DNA from: an uncultured virus (IMG/VR IMGVR_UViG_3300029705_000112)
Taxonomy: Duplodnaviria; Heunggongvirae; Uroviricota; Caudoviricetes
Length of the DNA: 64,000 nucleotides
Virus record (IMG/VR): IMGVR_UViG_3300029705_000112
Direction: 5' to 3' (one strand)
Shown here piece by piece: positions 9,490 to 21,100 of the stretch. The notes beneath the pieces are model-generated. The model did no database searches and was not told where the DNA came from. It was given only the letters and a program-made list of their open reading frames with translations. Both the position numbers and the translations under genes were made by a program. The number at the start of each line of letters is the position of its first letter. The stretch's first letter is position 1.

Positions 9490-9537
9490 AGGGACTCGCC
9501 GCCCCGAAAGCGGCAGATTATATCGGAGGATTTACTC

Positions 9538-10572
9538 ATGAACAAAACCAAATGGCTCAATCTCCAGCTGTTTGCCGAAGGTGGCGAGGGTGGTGATGGA
9601 GCATCGGGCGGTGGCAATGCCACTTCTCCTGCTGACGCCGGGCAGGCAAAGCTCAGGGAATTGGGTGTTCCCGAGGGCAAGATCAGTAAAAGGGCGAGTG
9701 CCAAGGTAGGGCAGATGATCGCAGCGCAGAGCGAAGCGAAGCCGAGCGAAAGCCAACCTGCCGAAGCGCAAGAAGAGCAGGACGCCAATGCTCAGAAACC
9801 CACAGAGGCTAAACGTATGACATGGGATGAGATTATGGCAGATCCCGAGTACAACAAGCACATGCAGGATACGGTCAAGGCGCGCAACAAAAAGGCGCGT
9901 GAGGAGATCGAGGCAGAGAGGGCACAGATCAAAGCAGAAAGAGAAAAATATGCCCCGATGCTTGAGGTACTGGCAAGCCGCTACAAGCTCGATCCGCAGA
10001 ACCCTGACGTGGACGCTCTTATTCAGGCTGTCAATAACGACAAGGAGTTTTACGAGCAGAAAGCCCTTGAGATGGGCGTGCCGGTGGAAACTGCCATGCA
10101 GATTGACCAGCAGAAGAGAGAGCAGGAGCGATCAAGGGCGGCTGCACAGAGAGAAGCCGAGCAGAAGGCGATTGACGAGCATATTGCCAAGCTGGAAGAG
10201 CAGGGCAATGCTCTGAAAGAGATCTTTCCTGACTTTGATCTGCGCACCGAGCTGCAGAGTCCCACGTTCAAGCGATTGACATCCCCCGGTGTTGGACTTT
10301 CCGTTGAGGACGCCTATTACGCGGTACACCGCAAAGAGATCCAAGCCGCAGCTTCCAAGGCGGTTGCACAAAGAACGGCACAGCAGATCTCGGATTCTAT
10401 TATTGCGGGTCGCGCAAGACCGACAGAAAACGGAACGGCATCGAGAGCAGCCTCTACAAGCGTATTCGACATCAATAAGGCAAGCCGCGCGCAGAGAGCC
10501 GAAATCAACCGACAGATCCGCGCAGCCGCTGCAAATGGGAAGCCGTTGCGCCCGGAGGACATTGTTATTTAA
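9538..10572 (+). CDS. capsid scaffolding protein (phage A)
   Basis: Coiled-coil protein before the capsid gene; N-terminal LNLQLFAEG Prp motif. Confidence 0.8.
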   Translation: MNKTKWLNLQLFAEGGEGGDGASGGGNATSPADAGQAKLRELGVPEGKISKRASAKVGQMIAAQSEAKPSESQPAEAQEEQDANAQKPTEAKRMTWDEIMADPEYNKHMQDTVKARNKKAREEIEAERAQIKAEREKYAPMLEVLASRYKLDPQNPDVDALIQAVNNDKEFYEQKALEMGVPVETAMQIDQQKREQERSRAAAQREAEQKAIDEHIAKLEEQGNALKEIFPDFDLRTELQSPTFKRLTSPGVGLSVEDAYYAVHRKEIQAAASKAVAQRTAQQISDSIIAGRARPTENGTASRAASTSVFDINKASRAQRAEINRQIRAAAANGKPLRPEDIVI

Positions 10573-10625
10573 GTCCCAAGGGGCATCTCCTTCCCCAAAA
10601 TTCATTACAAAAAGGAGAATAAACC

Positions 10626-11804
10626 ATGAAGAGAATCATTTTTATGATCATGAACCTGCAGCTGTTTGCTGAAGCAGGTACAGTTGTCAACACCACAACC
10701 GGTTTCGTAAATGCATACGACGGCACCAAAACCACAACGACAGATCTGGACCCCACCATCAAGACCTACTATGACACAGAGCTGCTGGAAAACGCGCGTA
10801 TTGAGATGTTCTATGCGCAGTTTGCAAAGAAGCAGCCCCTGCCTGCAGGTCGCGGTAAGACCGTAGAGTGGAGAAAATGGAACACCTTCGAGAAGGCTAC
10901 AGAGCTTCAGGAAGGTGTGATCCCCTCTGGTCAGACGCTTGGCATGAGCGTCAAGAACGGTGCGATCAAGCAGTACGGTACTTACGCTACCGTATCCGAC
11001 GTGCTGGAGCTGCACGCATTTGACGACGTGATCCTTGGCGCAACCGAGGAGATGGGCGCGTCCGCTGCCGAAACTCAGGAAACCCTGATCCGTGACGGTC
11101 TGCTTGCAAACACCAACGTGTTCTACTGTGACAACATCACGCTGGAAACCGGTGAGTCTGCAAGCACTCCCACCTCTCCCGCTCTGATGGAAGCATCCAC
11201 TACTGTGATGAGCCTGCTGACTCCTCTGATGGTCAACAAGGTGGTCACTCTGCTCAAGAAGAACCGTGTTCCGAGAATTGACGGCAAGTACGTAGCCGTG
11301 ATCCATCCTTCCGTGGCAGAGGATCTGCGCAACAGCGACGAGTGGATCGAAGCGCACCAGTATGCATCTCCCGAGCAGATTTTCAACGGTGAGATCGGTG
11401 AGCTGCACGGTGTCAGATTTATCGAAAACGCTTTTGCACCCGTTCTTGGCGGCACGCTTTATCAGAACAAGGCTGGAACATCGACATACGCGACCTACTT
11501 CTTCGGTAAGGATTCTTTCGGCATTATCGACCCCGAGGGCGGTGCGCTTGAGATGATCGTAAAGACAGCCGAGCAGGTCGGAGGTCCTCTGAATCAGTTC
11601 AGCACCATTGGCTATAAGTTTGAAACCGGCATGGCTGTGCTTTACCCCGAGCGCATGGTAAGAGTGATGTCTTGCTCTTCCTACAGCGCACTGGATGACG
11701 CAACCTACGTTGAAGACGCCGCAACCGGCGGTGATGACACAACCGGCGGTGATGACACAACCGGCGGTGATGACGATGTAACCGGCGGTGAGAACGACGA
11801 GTAA
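10626..11804 (+). CDS. major capsid protein, N4-gp56-like (phage A)
   Basis: MNLQLFAE; LQEGVIPSG, QYG.Y...SD, YVAVIHP, GEIG.L.GVRF, GGPLNQ..TIGYK. Confidence 0.9.
   Translation: MKRIIFMIMNLQLFAEAGTVVNTTTGFVNAYDGTKTTTTDLDPTIKTYYDTELLENARIEMFYAQFAKKQPLPAGRGKTVEWRKWNTFEKATELQEGVIPSGQTLGMSVKNGAIKQYGTYATVSDVLELHAFDDVILGATEEMGASAAETQETLIRDGLLANTNVFYCDNITLETGESASTPTSPALMEASTTVMSLLTPLMVNKVVTLLKKNRVPRIDGKYVAVIHPSVAEDLRNSDEWIEAHQYASPEQIFNGEIGELHGVRFIENAFAPVLGGTLYQNKAGTSTYATYFFGKDSFGIIDPEGGALEMIVKTAEQVGGPLNQFSTIGYKFETGMAVLYPERMVRVMSCSSYSALDDATYVEDAATGGDDTTGGDDTTGGDDDVTGGENDE
11722..11790 (+). repeat. 18-bp tandem repeat (~4 copies) encoding the TGGDD tail of the capsid protein
   Basis: caaccggcggtgatgaca repeated. 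Confidence 0.85.
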
Positions 11805-11862
11805 TAAACCGTAACGTGGGCAGGGCAATGCCCTGCCCACTACAAAATTTTATGGAGGAATT

Positions 11863-12105
11863 ATGGCTACTACCAAAACCAAAAAGAACGTAATCAAGGA
11901 AAAAAAGAGACGCATCTATGTTGACAGAGACTCTTCCGACACCGATCCCAATCTTTACGTTTGCATCAACGGCAGGTCCTTTCTCTTGCCTCGTGGCAAG
12001 TACGTAGAAGTTCCTGCATACGTTGCAGACGAGATTGAAAGAAGTAAGAGAGCGCAGCATCGCTACGACGATACAATCGACAGACTCAGCCAGATGGCAA
12101 AGTAA
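11863..12105 (+). CDS. conserved post-capsid phage protein
   Basis: VCINGRSFLLPRGKYVEVPAYVA motif. Confidence 0.7.
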   Translation: MATTKTKKNVIKEKKRRIYVDRDSSDTDPNLYVCINGRSFLLPRGKYVEVPAYVADEIERSKRAQHRYDDTIDRLSQMAK

Positions 12106-12133
12106 AAAAAGCAGGGCTCGACCCTGCTTTTTT
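12106..12133 (+). terminator. intrinsic terminator
   Basis: AAAAGCAGGG-ctcga-CCCTGCTTTTTT. Confidence 0.75.
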
Positions 12134-12147
12134 GGAAAGGCGGTAAC

Positions 12148-12522
12148 ATGAAAATTATTGAGGCAATTGGTATTGTCAACGAATTGAAGCCAAACGCATA
12201 TTCCCAAGACCGCAAGGTGGAATGGCTTTCCGCGCTTGACTCTATGGTGCAGCGTTTGGTTTACGACAAGCACGAAAACTCTCCCTCGTGCGGATTTGAG
12301 GGATACCAGAACGACGTTGACCCGGATACGGATCTGCTGGTAAAGGGGTATGATCAGATGTATGTGCGCTGGCTTGCGGCACAGATCGATCTGAATCAGG
12401 GAGAATTTGCAAAATACAACAACTCCATTGAAATGTTCAATGCCGAGTGGGATAAATTTACGGGAGAATACAACCGGACGCATATGCCGATTACGGGCGG
12501 TCATGGTCGCTTTCTGTATTGA
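12148..12522 (+). CDS. putative head-tail adaptor (phage A)
   Basis: Position and size; helical protein between capsid and nozzle. Confidence 0.55.
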   Translation: MKIIEAIGIVNELKPNAYSQDRKVEWLSALDSMVQRLVYDKHENSPSCGFEGYQNDVDPDTDLLVKGYDQMYVRWLAAQIDLNQGEFAKYNNSIEMFNAEWDKFTGEYNRTHMPITGGHGRFLY

Positions 12523-12533
12523 GAGGTGGCGTG

Positions 12534-14315
12534 ATGAGATACCCGAAATTAAACGTCATTGCGCACGATAAGCAATATATCGATATCTTTGGCGGCTACA
12601 ATCACAACACAAGGATCAGAGAAAATGAATTCTATGACGTGGTAAACATGACAGCTGACGCATACCCTCTGCTTAAGACGCGAAAGCCTCACGGAGTATA
12701 TGTGGAAGGCGAGACAGACGGCATGATATCCAAGGACGAATTCTGTTATATTGCACAAGGTACGTTTTTCATGGAAAGCGGCTACGTTGATCTCGGTCTG
12801 ACAAGTGGTGAAAAGGTCCTTGTATCAATGGGCGCATACGTAATTATTTTCCCGGACAAAAAGTACGTTAACACAGCGAACCTCGAAGATAACGGAAGCC
12901 TTGAATCCACATGCAGCGGAAATTCTGCTGTTGTTACTCTTTGCAGCAAAGACGGTACACAGATCGAAAACTCTCATGTCGAGTTTTCCAATACGCAGCC
13001 GGCAAGCGGAAATAATGGTTACTACTGGGTAGATACCTCTACCACTCCAGCGACAATGTACAGATATAGCGGTGAAAGCGGTGAGTGGTTTGACGTACCG
13101 TCCTATATCAAGATCAGCTCAGAATACATCACGAACGAATTCAAGGTAGGAGATTCTGTAACCTTGCAAGGATTTACCAGCGGAGAAACAAGCCTTGACG
13201 GTTTCAAAAGCATCGTGGCAGCCGGTGTTGATACGCAAAGCATCGGAGCGATAAGAAATTTCATTGCCGTTCCCGGTATCATTACTGAAACCAGCGTATC
13301 GATCGCTACAAATTTCACGTTGTCGAGAGATGTCCCTGATATGGATTTTGTCATTGAAGCGAACAATCGCTTGTGGGGCTGCAAATACGGAATTGTAGAC
13401 GGCAAGCTGGTCAACGAGATTTATGCATCCAAGCTGGGAGATTTCAAAAACTGGCACAACTACGCAGGCATTTCTACTGATTCCTATGCAGCAAGCGTTG
13501 GTACTGACGGGAAATTCACCGGTGCCATCAACTATGGCGGATATCCTCTGTTTTTCAAGGAGCGGTGCGTTCACAAGGTGTTCGGATATCAGCCGAGCAA
13601 CTTTCAGATTCAAACAGACACGATCAATGGTGTGCAGGAAGGATGCCACAAGAGCCTCGCTATTATCAACGAGGTGCTGTATTATAAATCCCGAAGCGGT
13701 GTTTGTGCCTATGATGGTTCGCTGCCTGCAATCATCTCGGAGCAGCTTGGAAACGAGGAATACAAAAATGCTGTAGGCGGTGGCTATCGCAACAAATACT
13801 ACCTGACCATGAAGCAGACGGGCATTGCATACGATTTCATCTATGACACAAAGTCCGGTATTTGGCACAGATCTCAGATTCCTCAGCAGATCGTAGAGTA
13901 TTGCGCACACGGAGACGAGCTTTATTTCCGCACAGATCCTGCTGTCGGTGGTTTTATCGGAACTACGTTTTCACAGCCTGCTCAGGCAGATGATGAAAGC
14001 GGATACGAGGAGAAAAACGTATTTTGGCATGCAGAGAGCGGCATGATCGGTCTTTACACGGAAGACAAGAAATACCTTGTATCGCTAAATGTTCGAATTA
14101 AGCTGGAGAACGGAACAAAGGTAAGATTTTACATTGAGTATGACTCCAGCGGATACTGGCAGCCGATCAATTCCATGATCGGACGCGGCATCCAAATTAT
14201 CAATATGCCGATCATTCCTCGCAGATGCGATCATTTCCGTATCAGGATCGAGGGAGAAGGTACGGCTACACTGTTTTCCATTTGCAAAACCACGGAGGAG
14301 GGAACAGAAATATGA
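12534..14315 (+). CDS. putative tail nozzle / tubular protein B-like (phage A)
   Basis: FGGYN N-terminus, beta-propeller-like repeats, NNRLWGC. Confidence 0.65.
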   Translation: MRYPKLNVIAHDKQYIDIFGGYNHNTRIRENEFYDVVNMTADAYPLLKTRKPHGVYVEGETDGMISKDEFCYIAQGTFFMESGYVDLGLTSGEKVLVSMGAYVIIFPDKKYVNTANLEDNGSLESTCSGNSAVVTLCSKDGTQIENSHVEFSNTQPASGNNGYYWVDTSTTPATMYRYSGESGEWFDVPSYIKISSEYITNEFKVGDSVTLQGFTSGETSLDGFKSIVAAGVDTQSIGAIRNFIAVPGIITETSVSIATNFTLSRDVPDMDFVIEANNRLWGCKYGIVDGKLVNEIYASKLGDFKNWHNYAGISTDSYAASVGTDGKFTGAINYGGYPLFFKERCVHKVFGYQPSNFQIQTDTINGVQEGCHKSLAIINEVLYYKSRSGVCAYDGSLPAIISEQLGNEEYKNAVGGGYRNKYYLTMKQTGIAYDFIYDTKSGIWHRSQIPQQIVEYCAHGDELYFRTDPAVGGFIGTTFSQPAQADDESGYEEKNVFWHAESGMIGLYTEDKKYLVSLNVRIKLENGTKVRFYIEYDSSGYWQPINSMIGRGIQIINMPIIPRRCDHFRIRIEGEGTATLFSICKTTEEGTEI

Positions 14316-14452
14316 GGCTGAAAAAACCTTTTTTGCACGGAAGCCCGGCTGAACAGCTTGTGCAACTGAAATCTTGGCTGTTCGACTTGGTGGATAAAAT
14401 CAACTATATTTTGGATAGAATCGAGGTGGGTAACAACAATGCCGATCACTAA
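14312..14452 (+). CDS. small hypothetical protein
   Basis: Overlapping start/stop with neighbours; RBS GGAGG. Confidence 0.5.
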   Translation: MRLKKPFLHGSPAEQLVQLKSWLFDLVDKINYILDRIEVGNNNADH

Positions 14453-15143
14453 AAAGCCTTATCAAAAAAAAGAAGAATTGTTTGACGACGAGTACAAGCC
14501 CAACGAGGCGTATGATCGTGCTGTGGAAGCATACAAGGCATACGATGCTGTAAGAAAGCAGGCAGATGCCGTTTACGACAGGATGATCACTCGCAAGGAC
14601 TTTTCCTATAACGTCAACAACGATGCAATGTATGACAAGCTTGTGCAGGAATATGCCGATAACGCAAGCAGAGCAGCGGAGGATGCAATGGGCAGAGCCG
14701 CTGCGCTTACCGGTGGATATGGCAGCTCCTACGCGCAGCAGGTAGGTCAGCAGACCTATCAGGATTACATTGGCGGAGTAACCGCTGAAGCAGACAAACT
14801 GTATGACCGCGCCCTTGATCGCTACGTAATGGAAGGTCAGGCTATTGAAAACAAGTACAACTTGCTTGCAAATAAGGCAAACACAAAGTACGCTGAATAC
14901 GCAGCAGCTGCTGCTGCCTCTGACAATGGAGAAGAAGCTCTCTATACACCGAGCACCGACCTCACCAAGTATGAAGAAAAAATGCCCACGTTCAATTCTC
15001 AGCAGGAAGCTGGAGAATTCTTGGATAATTTGGTAGAAAACAATATTATCAGTGCCGAAGATGCTGACTGGCTGATGCTTATGTATGCAGACCAACTCAA
15101 GGATGACCCGTTTTATTACTATGATAAGTACATTATGAAATAA
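14439..15143 (+). CDS. putative internal virion / ejection protein
   Basis: AAALTGGYGSSYAQQVGQQ motif; precedes the giant protein. Confidence 0.55.
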   Translation: MPITKKPYQKKEELFDDEYKPNEAYDRAVEAYKAYDAVRKQADAVYDRMITRKDFSYNVNNDAMYDKLVQEYADNASRAAEDAMGRAAALTGGYGSSYAQQVGQQTYQDYIGGVTAEADKLYDRALDRYVMEGQAIENKYNLLANKANTKYAEYAAAAAASDNGEEALYTPSTDLTKYEEKMPTFNSQQEAGEFLDNLVENNIISAEDADWLMLMYADQLKDDPFYYYDKYIMK

Positions 15144-15164
15144 TGTCGATATACGAGGTGAAAT

Positions 15165-18100
15165 ATGGGCGTATATGAACGTTACAAAAAAGAAAAGTCG
15201 AAGAACCCGGAAAAATACGGCGCCTACGAAAGCTACCAGCTTTCGAAAAAGTATTCCGGTGTTGATACCAGCAAGGTTGACGAGAACTACCTGAATTCGT
15301 ATAATACCAATGCAAACAGTTTTTTTTCAAGCGAAGGGTTGCAGGAGGACAGCTACGATAAGTGGCGCGGTCTGAACGATCAGGCTGAGATGGTCAGAGC
15401 ATGGGCATGGCAGAACCGTGACAAGCTCGGAGATAACTTTAACACCATCATGAGCGCAACCGATCTTTCCAAGGCTGACAAATACTGGGGACAATTCAAG
15501 AGCGCGGAGGATTACGCAAACACGTTTGCTCAATATACGGATTATCAAAACATGCTCAATGTAGACCTTTCTACCATTGAAAAAGAAATTGCCTCTTTGG
15601 AAGAAGAGGAAAAACGCTGGGCGGAGCTGAATAATCCTCTGAAATATAATATTTTTAATACCCCAAAATCTTCCCTAAAGCTTGCTAAAGACCGACATGA
15701 CTCAATTTCGAAAGAGCTTGCAGAAAAACGCGCTTATTATAACGAGGTATCTGATTTGCAGGCAGGAGCGGCATACGACGCTATCCTGTTGGAAGCTGAC
15801 TATGCAAAAAAATCTGCAGCAGGTTGGGACAAGTATATTGCGGACAGAGACGAACGAAGCAAAGAGGCTATTGGTGGAGCAGAAGACGAATCGTTATGGG
15901 ACAAGCTCGGTCGTTGGTATGGGTCTGGTGGTCCTGTAGATACAACACTGACCCTCAGCGGAGTCACGCAAGTGCAAAACGCAATGAGAGACAATCCACA
16001 AAGACCTGAGCCTTCCAATGACTGGACAGAGCAGCAAAAAGCGATTTATGGATATCTGTATGATACAAATCCTTATAAGGCTGAGCAATATGCTGTTTTT
16101 GCGGATAAAGCGAATGAAAATGCTGCTCTTGCTGCTATTCAAAAAAATGCCACCTCGAGCTTGGGAGCGCAAGTGCTTAATTCTCTCGGTGCTCTTGCCG
16201 CTTCTCCGCTGGCTCTTGCAGACGTTCTCAATAATCTCGCTATTGGAGAGATCTCTTCTGACAGTGACGGTGTTGTTTCTCCGTTTGAGTATTCGCAGGC
16301 GGTTACGAGTGGTATCACGCAATACTGGAACCAGTATTCAGGTACTCTTCCTGATGCCGTACCGGTCATTGGCGGCAAGGGTCTTGGCGACGCGTATGGT
16401 CTTGCTATGAGCATTGCTCAAAGCATGATTTCTGCGCACACACTCGGTCCCGGTGGAACGCTTGTTTCGTATTTTGGTCAAGGCGCAGCTTCTGCAATGA
16501 ATGACGCAAAGAGAAGAGGTGCAACTGACGCTCAGGCAATGCTGTACGGAATTGCAGCAGGTGTGTTTGAAGGTGTTGCTGAGTCTATCGGAGTTGACAA
16601 TTTGTTCAAGCTTGGAAGCGCAAAAACCCTTAAAGGTTTTATTACCAATGTCTTGAAGCAAGCAGGTGCTGAGGGCATGGAAGAAGGGCTTACCGCTTTG
16701 CTCACAAACATTGCGGACAACGCGATTATGCAGAACCAAAGCGTATTCTATGATTTGGTTGATCAATACATGGCATCCGGCATGAGCGAGAGTGAAGCTA
16801 AAACAAGAGCTTGGCTCGAAATTGTAAACGGTGTCGCATTTGATGTACTTTCAGGTGCAGTTTCGGGCGGAATCAGCGGTGGCGCGTATACCGGTGTACA
16901 AAGCATTGTTGCTAACGCACACGAAAACAATACCTACAAAAACACATACGGAGAAGCGCAGAAAGACCTTGTCGCAGAGGGCTTGGAGCTTGATCCGCAG
17001 AACAGATACTATAAGCGACTCAACGAAAAGCTGAACCGTGGAAAGGATCTGACCGGCAACGAGATACGTAACGTGGTTTCGCGTAATGAAAGAGCGATCA
17101 GCAAGCTGAAAAAGAACGAGGCAGCAGCAGAGGTCGCAGAGGAAAAATCCGCAACAGACACCGCTGCTGATAAGACCTCCCAGGATGCAGTAAAAATCGC
17201 TTCTGAGAGCGTTAAGGGAGCGGATGTTCAAACGGTCACGGAGCGCGAGAACGCGCCTGCCGCAAAGGAAACGGCAGAGCAGGCAGAGGTCACACGCGAA
17301 ACATCACAAGAGGACGTGCAGACCGCGCTGGAAAAGGCATCTCGCGACTACGGTGCGCAGGCAAAGGCAATGGCTGCTACCTATATCGAGGGGCAGGACG
17401 TGGCAGAATACAACGCTGCTTTCCGCATCGCATACGATATGGGTGCTTCTGGCGTGAAGCTCTCTTACGTAGAGGGCATGGAGTCGTATCTGACCGACAG
17501 CCAAAAGAAGATTGCCTACGAGGCAGGCAAGGCTTCGCAGGACACAAGAGCCAAGCGACTTGAGAAGAGCAATGCCAAGAAGGAAACGGGCGGCACACAG
17601 CGCAAAAAGGGTGTTGTGCGCGGTGAAGGTGTGAGCATCCAAGAGCTGAGTGCGAAATTCAACGACACGCAGCGAGAGGCTTACTCGATCATGTCCTCAA
17701 TTGCCGAGGTGACAGGCATTGATATTGTTCTTTACAAGTCGGAGGCGGATGCAAAGGGTAACTTTACGGAAGCCCAGGGTAAGTACAAAAAGAGCGAGCC
17801 CGGCACTTTGTACATCGATATCAATGCAGGTCTGAACAACGTCAAGAGCGCAGGTGATCTTGCCAACTACACCATGCTGAGAACTTTTTCACACGAATTC
17901 GTGCATTTTATTGAAAACTGGAATCCCGTGTGGTATAATGAACTCAGACGCGTGGTATTCGACCACCTTGAGAATGCGGACGAGCTGATCTCTCGCGAGG
18001 CAGCAGAATCGGCATTGCCTTACGAGAGAGCCAGCCGAGAGGTTGTGGCAGAGGCATTGACCGACATTCTGCCAGATTCCTCTTTCCTTGAAGACCTGGC

Positions 18101-21100
18101 AAACAACCACAAGAACATCTTTGAGAAGCTGTATGCAAAGCTTAAGGAATTCGTGGCGAATATCAAGAAGCATTTTGCATCCTTGTCGCCCAACGCCAAC
18201 AAGGCTGCGCAGACCTTGAAGCAGAGCGGCAAGTATGCAGAGGAGATCGTCAAGCTGTTCGACAAGGCGGCTGCCGGTGCGGTGGAAAAATACCAAGCCA
18301 CGGTTGCGGAGCAGAATGTGGAGGTCGAAGAGACCGCGAAGATTTCCAAGGAAAAGCCCCAAAAAGCAAAAAAGCCGAAAAAGATTGCAAGTACAGAGGC
18401 AGTTATTGAAGAGATCAATGCCGATGGCATGGTTGAGATCGATACTGACGGCAAGACCGTTGCGCCGCAGTATTCTCGCAGAACGTGGACGGAATCCGAA
18501 TACGTGACGGATAGGGAGAAGACCGCGAAGGCAATCTCCAAGGAACTTGGCGTAAGTATGGATACCGCGCTGTCGTTTATCGACAATATCAATGCGGTGT
18601 CCAAGCTGATCGCAGATGACAAGGCAAGACTTGACTACGCGCCAAATGCCGTTGACAGCGCGTCGGTACTGAAGCCAAACTCGGAATACAAGTGGAGCGT
18701 GGATATGTCCACTCTCTGCGCAAAGCGTTTGCTGTTTACCGGCACGTTTGACGCTATCCAAAAGATCATGGCAGATGCCGCTTTTGACTCGGAGGACATC
18801 GTCCGCATTCGTCAAATGATGGAGGAGAGAGGGTACGAGGTTGCTTGCGGATTTTGCTACGTAGAATCCACGAGACGCGAGCTCGGTCCCATCACGCAAG
18901 ATTTTATCGAGCGTTACAAGCTCTCGCAGAAGACCGGAAAGCCGATCTCGCGCATCAACAGCGAAGGAAAAGAGGTTGAGCTGACAAAGACCAAGGATCA
19001 GATGAAGACCACGGTTGATGCTTCTACGGATAAATTCTTCCCCGAGGACGGCTATACGCCCACGATGGCTGACTTGAACACAACGGATATTGATCTCGTT
19101 AAGAAAAACCATCCGCAGGTGTATGAGGCATATCTGAATTTCATGAACGCGAGAGGGCAGGCAAAGCCCAAGTTGCTTGAGACGAGAGCGGAATACAAGG
19201 GAGAGATCCTGCGCACGTTCAAGAGCAAATCTGCGGTTACGTCCCGAAACAATTCGGGCGGCTTGCGTTTGCAATCCTTCTCCGACTTTGAAGTGCCGCA
19301 TCTGATTGACATGATGCAGATCGCGCTGGATATGTCGCGAGTAGGTCTGAAATCTCAGGCATATACCAAAGTGCCTGCGTTTGCAAAGGTGTTTGGTAAC
19401 ACGGGAATCAAGATCAACCTTTCGCTGGTTGCTAAGGGCAGCGGTCTTGACGCTGACGGAAACCTGATCTTTGACGACAAGGAAGGTATGCCGCACGAGG
19501 AGGCGTTCCGCTTGAGAGATCGATTCTCCAAGAACGTCGGCACGATTCTCGTTGGTAAGAACGATGCGCATATCATTGCTGCGATGGCAGATCCTCGCAT
19601 CGACTTCATCATCCCGTTCCACAAATCCTCTTGGAAGGAATCCTTGTACGATGCGCTGGGACTTACCGGATACGAAGACTATACCGACACGCAAAACGAA
19701 AGATCAATCGATCCCGAGCGAAAGATCAAAAACTACGATCCTTCCGAGTATTGGGACTTCTCAAAGACGGGAGACGAGAACGCGCAGATCTATCTTGAAA
19801 AGTGCAAGGAAGACGGACGAATTCCGAAATTTCCTCAATTCCAGGGCTATCCCGGCTATTGGAAGCTGCTGATCGACTTCAAGATGTACGATAACGACGG
19901 AGTTGGATCGCCTCAAGAGGTGGTGCGCCCGATCTATGACGAGCAATCGCAGGCAGACATCAAGGAGATTTTTGACACCTACAAGGGCGGTCACGGTACT
20001 CTGCCGGTCGCGCAGGACGTTGTGGACGACTTTGTCAAGGAGTACAAGGATAAGAAGGGCGTTCAGTACAGCCGCAGACAGTACACCGACCAAGACCAAG
20101 CCTACATGGATGCCGTCGAGAGCGGTGACATGGAAACGGCGCAGAGAATGGTGGACGAGGCGGCGAAAAAAGCGGGATGGAATCCAGTTGTTAGGTATCA
20201 TCAAACAGGAACAAGGTTTAACGAGTTTTCCAACGAAAACCCTGATGCTGGATTGAATGACAGTGATACACCAAATGGATATTTTTTCAAAGAAAACGAT
20301 CATGACATTGGTGTTGGTGCTGATTTTATTAAGACTGGTCATGGTGGATCTATCCAAATGAGAGTATATCTCAAGCATGGAAATCTTCTTTATTTCAAAA
20401 ATCGAGACGAAGCAAGAGCGTGGTATTCCAAGCATATCAGAGGATACAAAGAGCTTCTGGATAAATATGACGCACATTTGGAGGATTTCAAAAGATTCAA
20501 TTCCGAAAACAACGCAAAGATGTTTGATGAATTGATAGCACTTGAGGAAAGCGGGCAATCAACAAGCGAGCGAGACCTTGCGATCATGGACAAGTATGAC
20601 AAAATCGCAGATGACTGGATCGAGAGCAAGAAAGAATATGAAACCAGTTTAAGATCCGGAATGAGAAAGATTTTGAATGCTTACTTTATCGAAAACGATA
20701 GCGGGTACGACGGAATCGAACTTGCAGATGACGGGCACAGGTATATTGATGGAAAACGAGAAGATGTACATACATTTATTGTTTTCAAAAACACGCAAAT
20801 AAAATCCGCCGACCCCGTAACCTACGATGACGACGGCAACATGATCCCCTTGTCGGAGCGTTTCAATGAGAGCGGAAACGACATCCGCTACCAGCGCAGA
20901 GACGGCAGAATGAGCGACCAGGAGGTTCTCTCCTATGCCGTGGATCTGTACGAGAACCAAAAGACCGAGGACGGCACTTCTTTCCGCGATACGCTTTCAA
21001 AGGAAGAGGTCAAGGCGCTTGAGCTCTTTAAGCAGAGACTTGCTAAGTTGGACGACTTGACAGCGCAACGCTACGAGCAGGGGCAAATCTACCGCGAGAA

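Noticed and set aside
9411..9596. Short ORF and upstream extension of the scaffold ORF (9460)
   Set aside because: Overlap the tRNA; the real scaffold start is ATG 9538 after GGAGG
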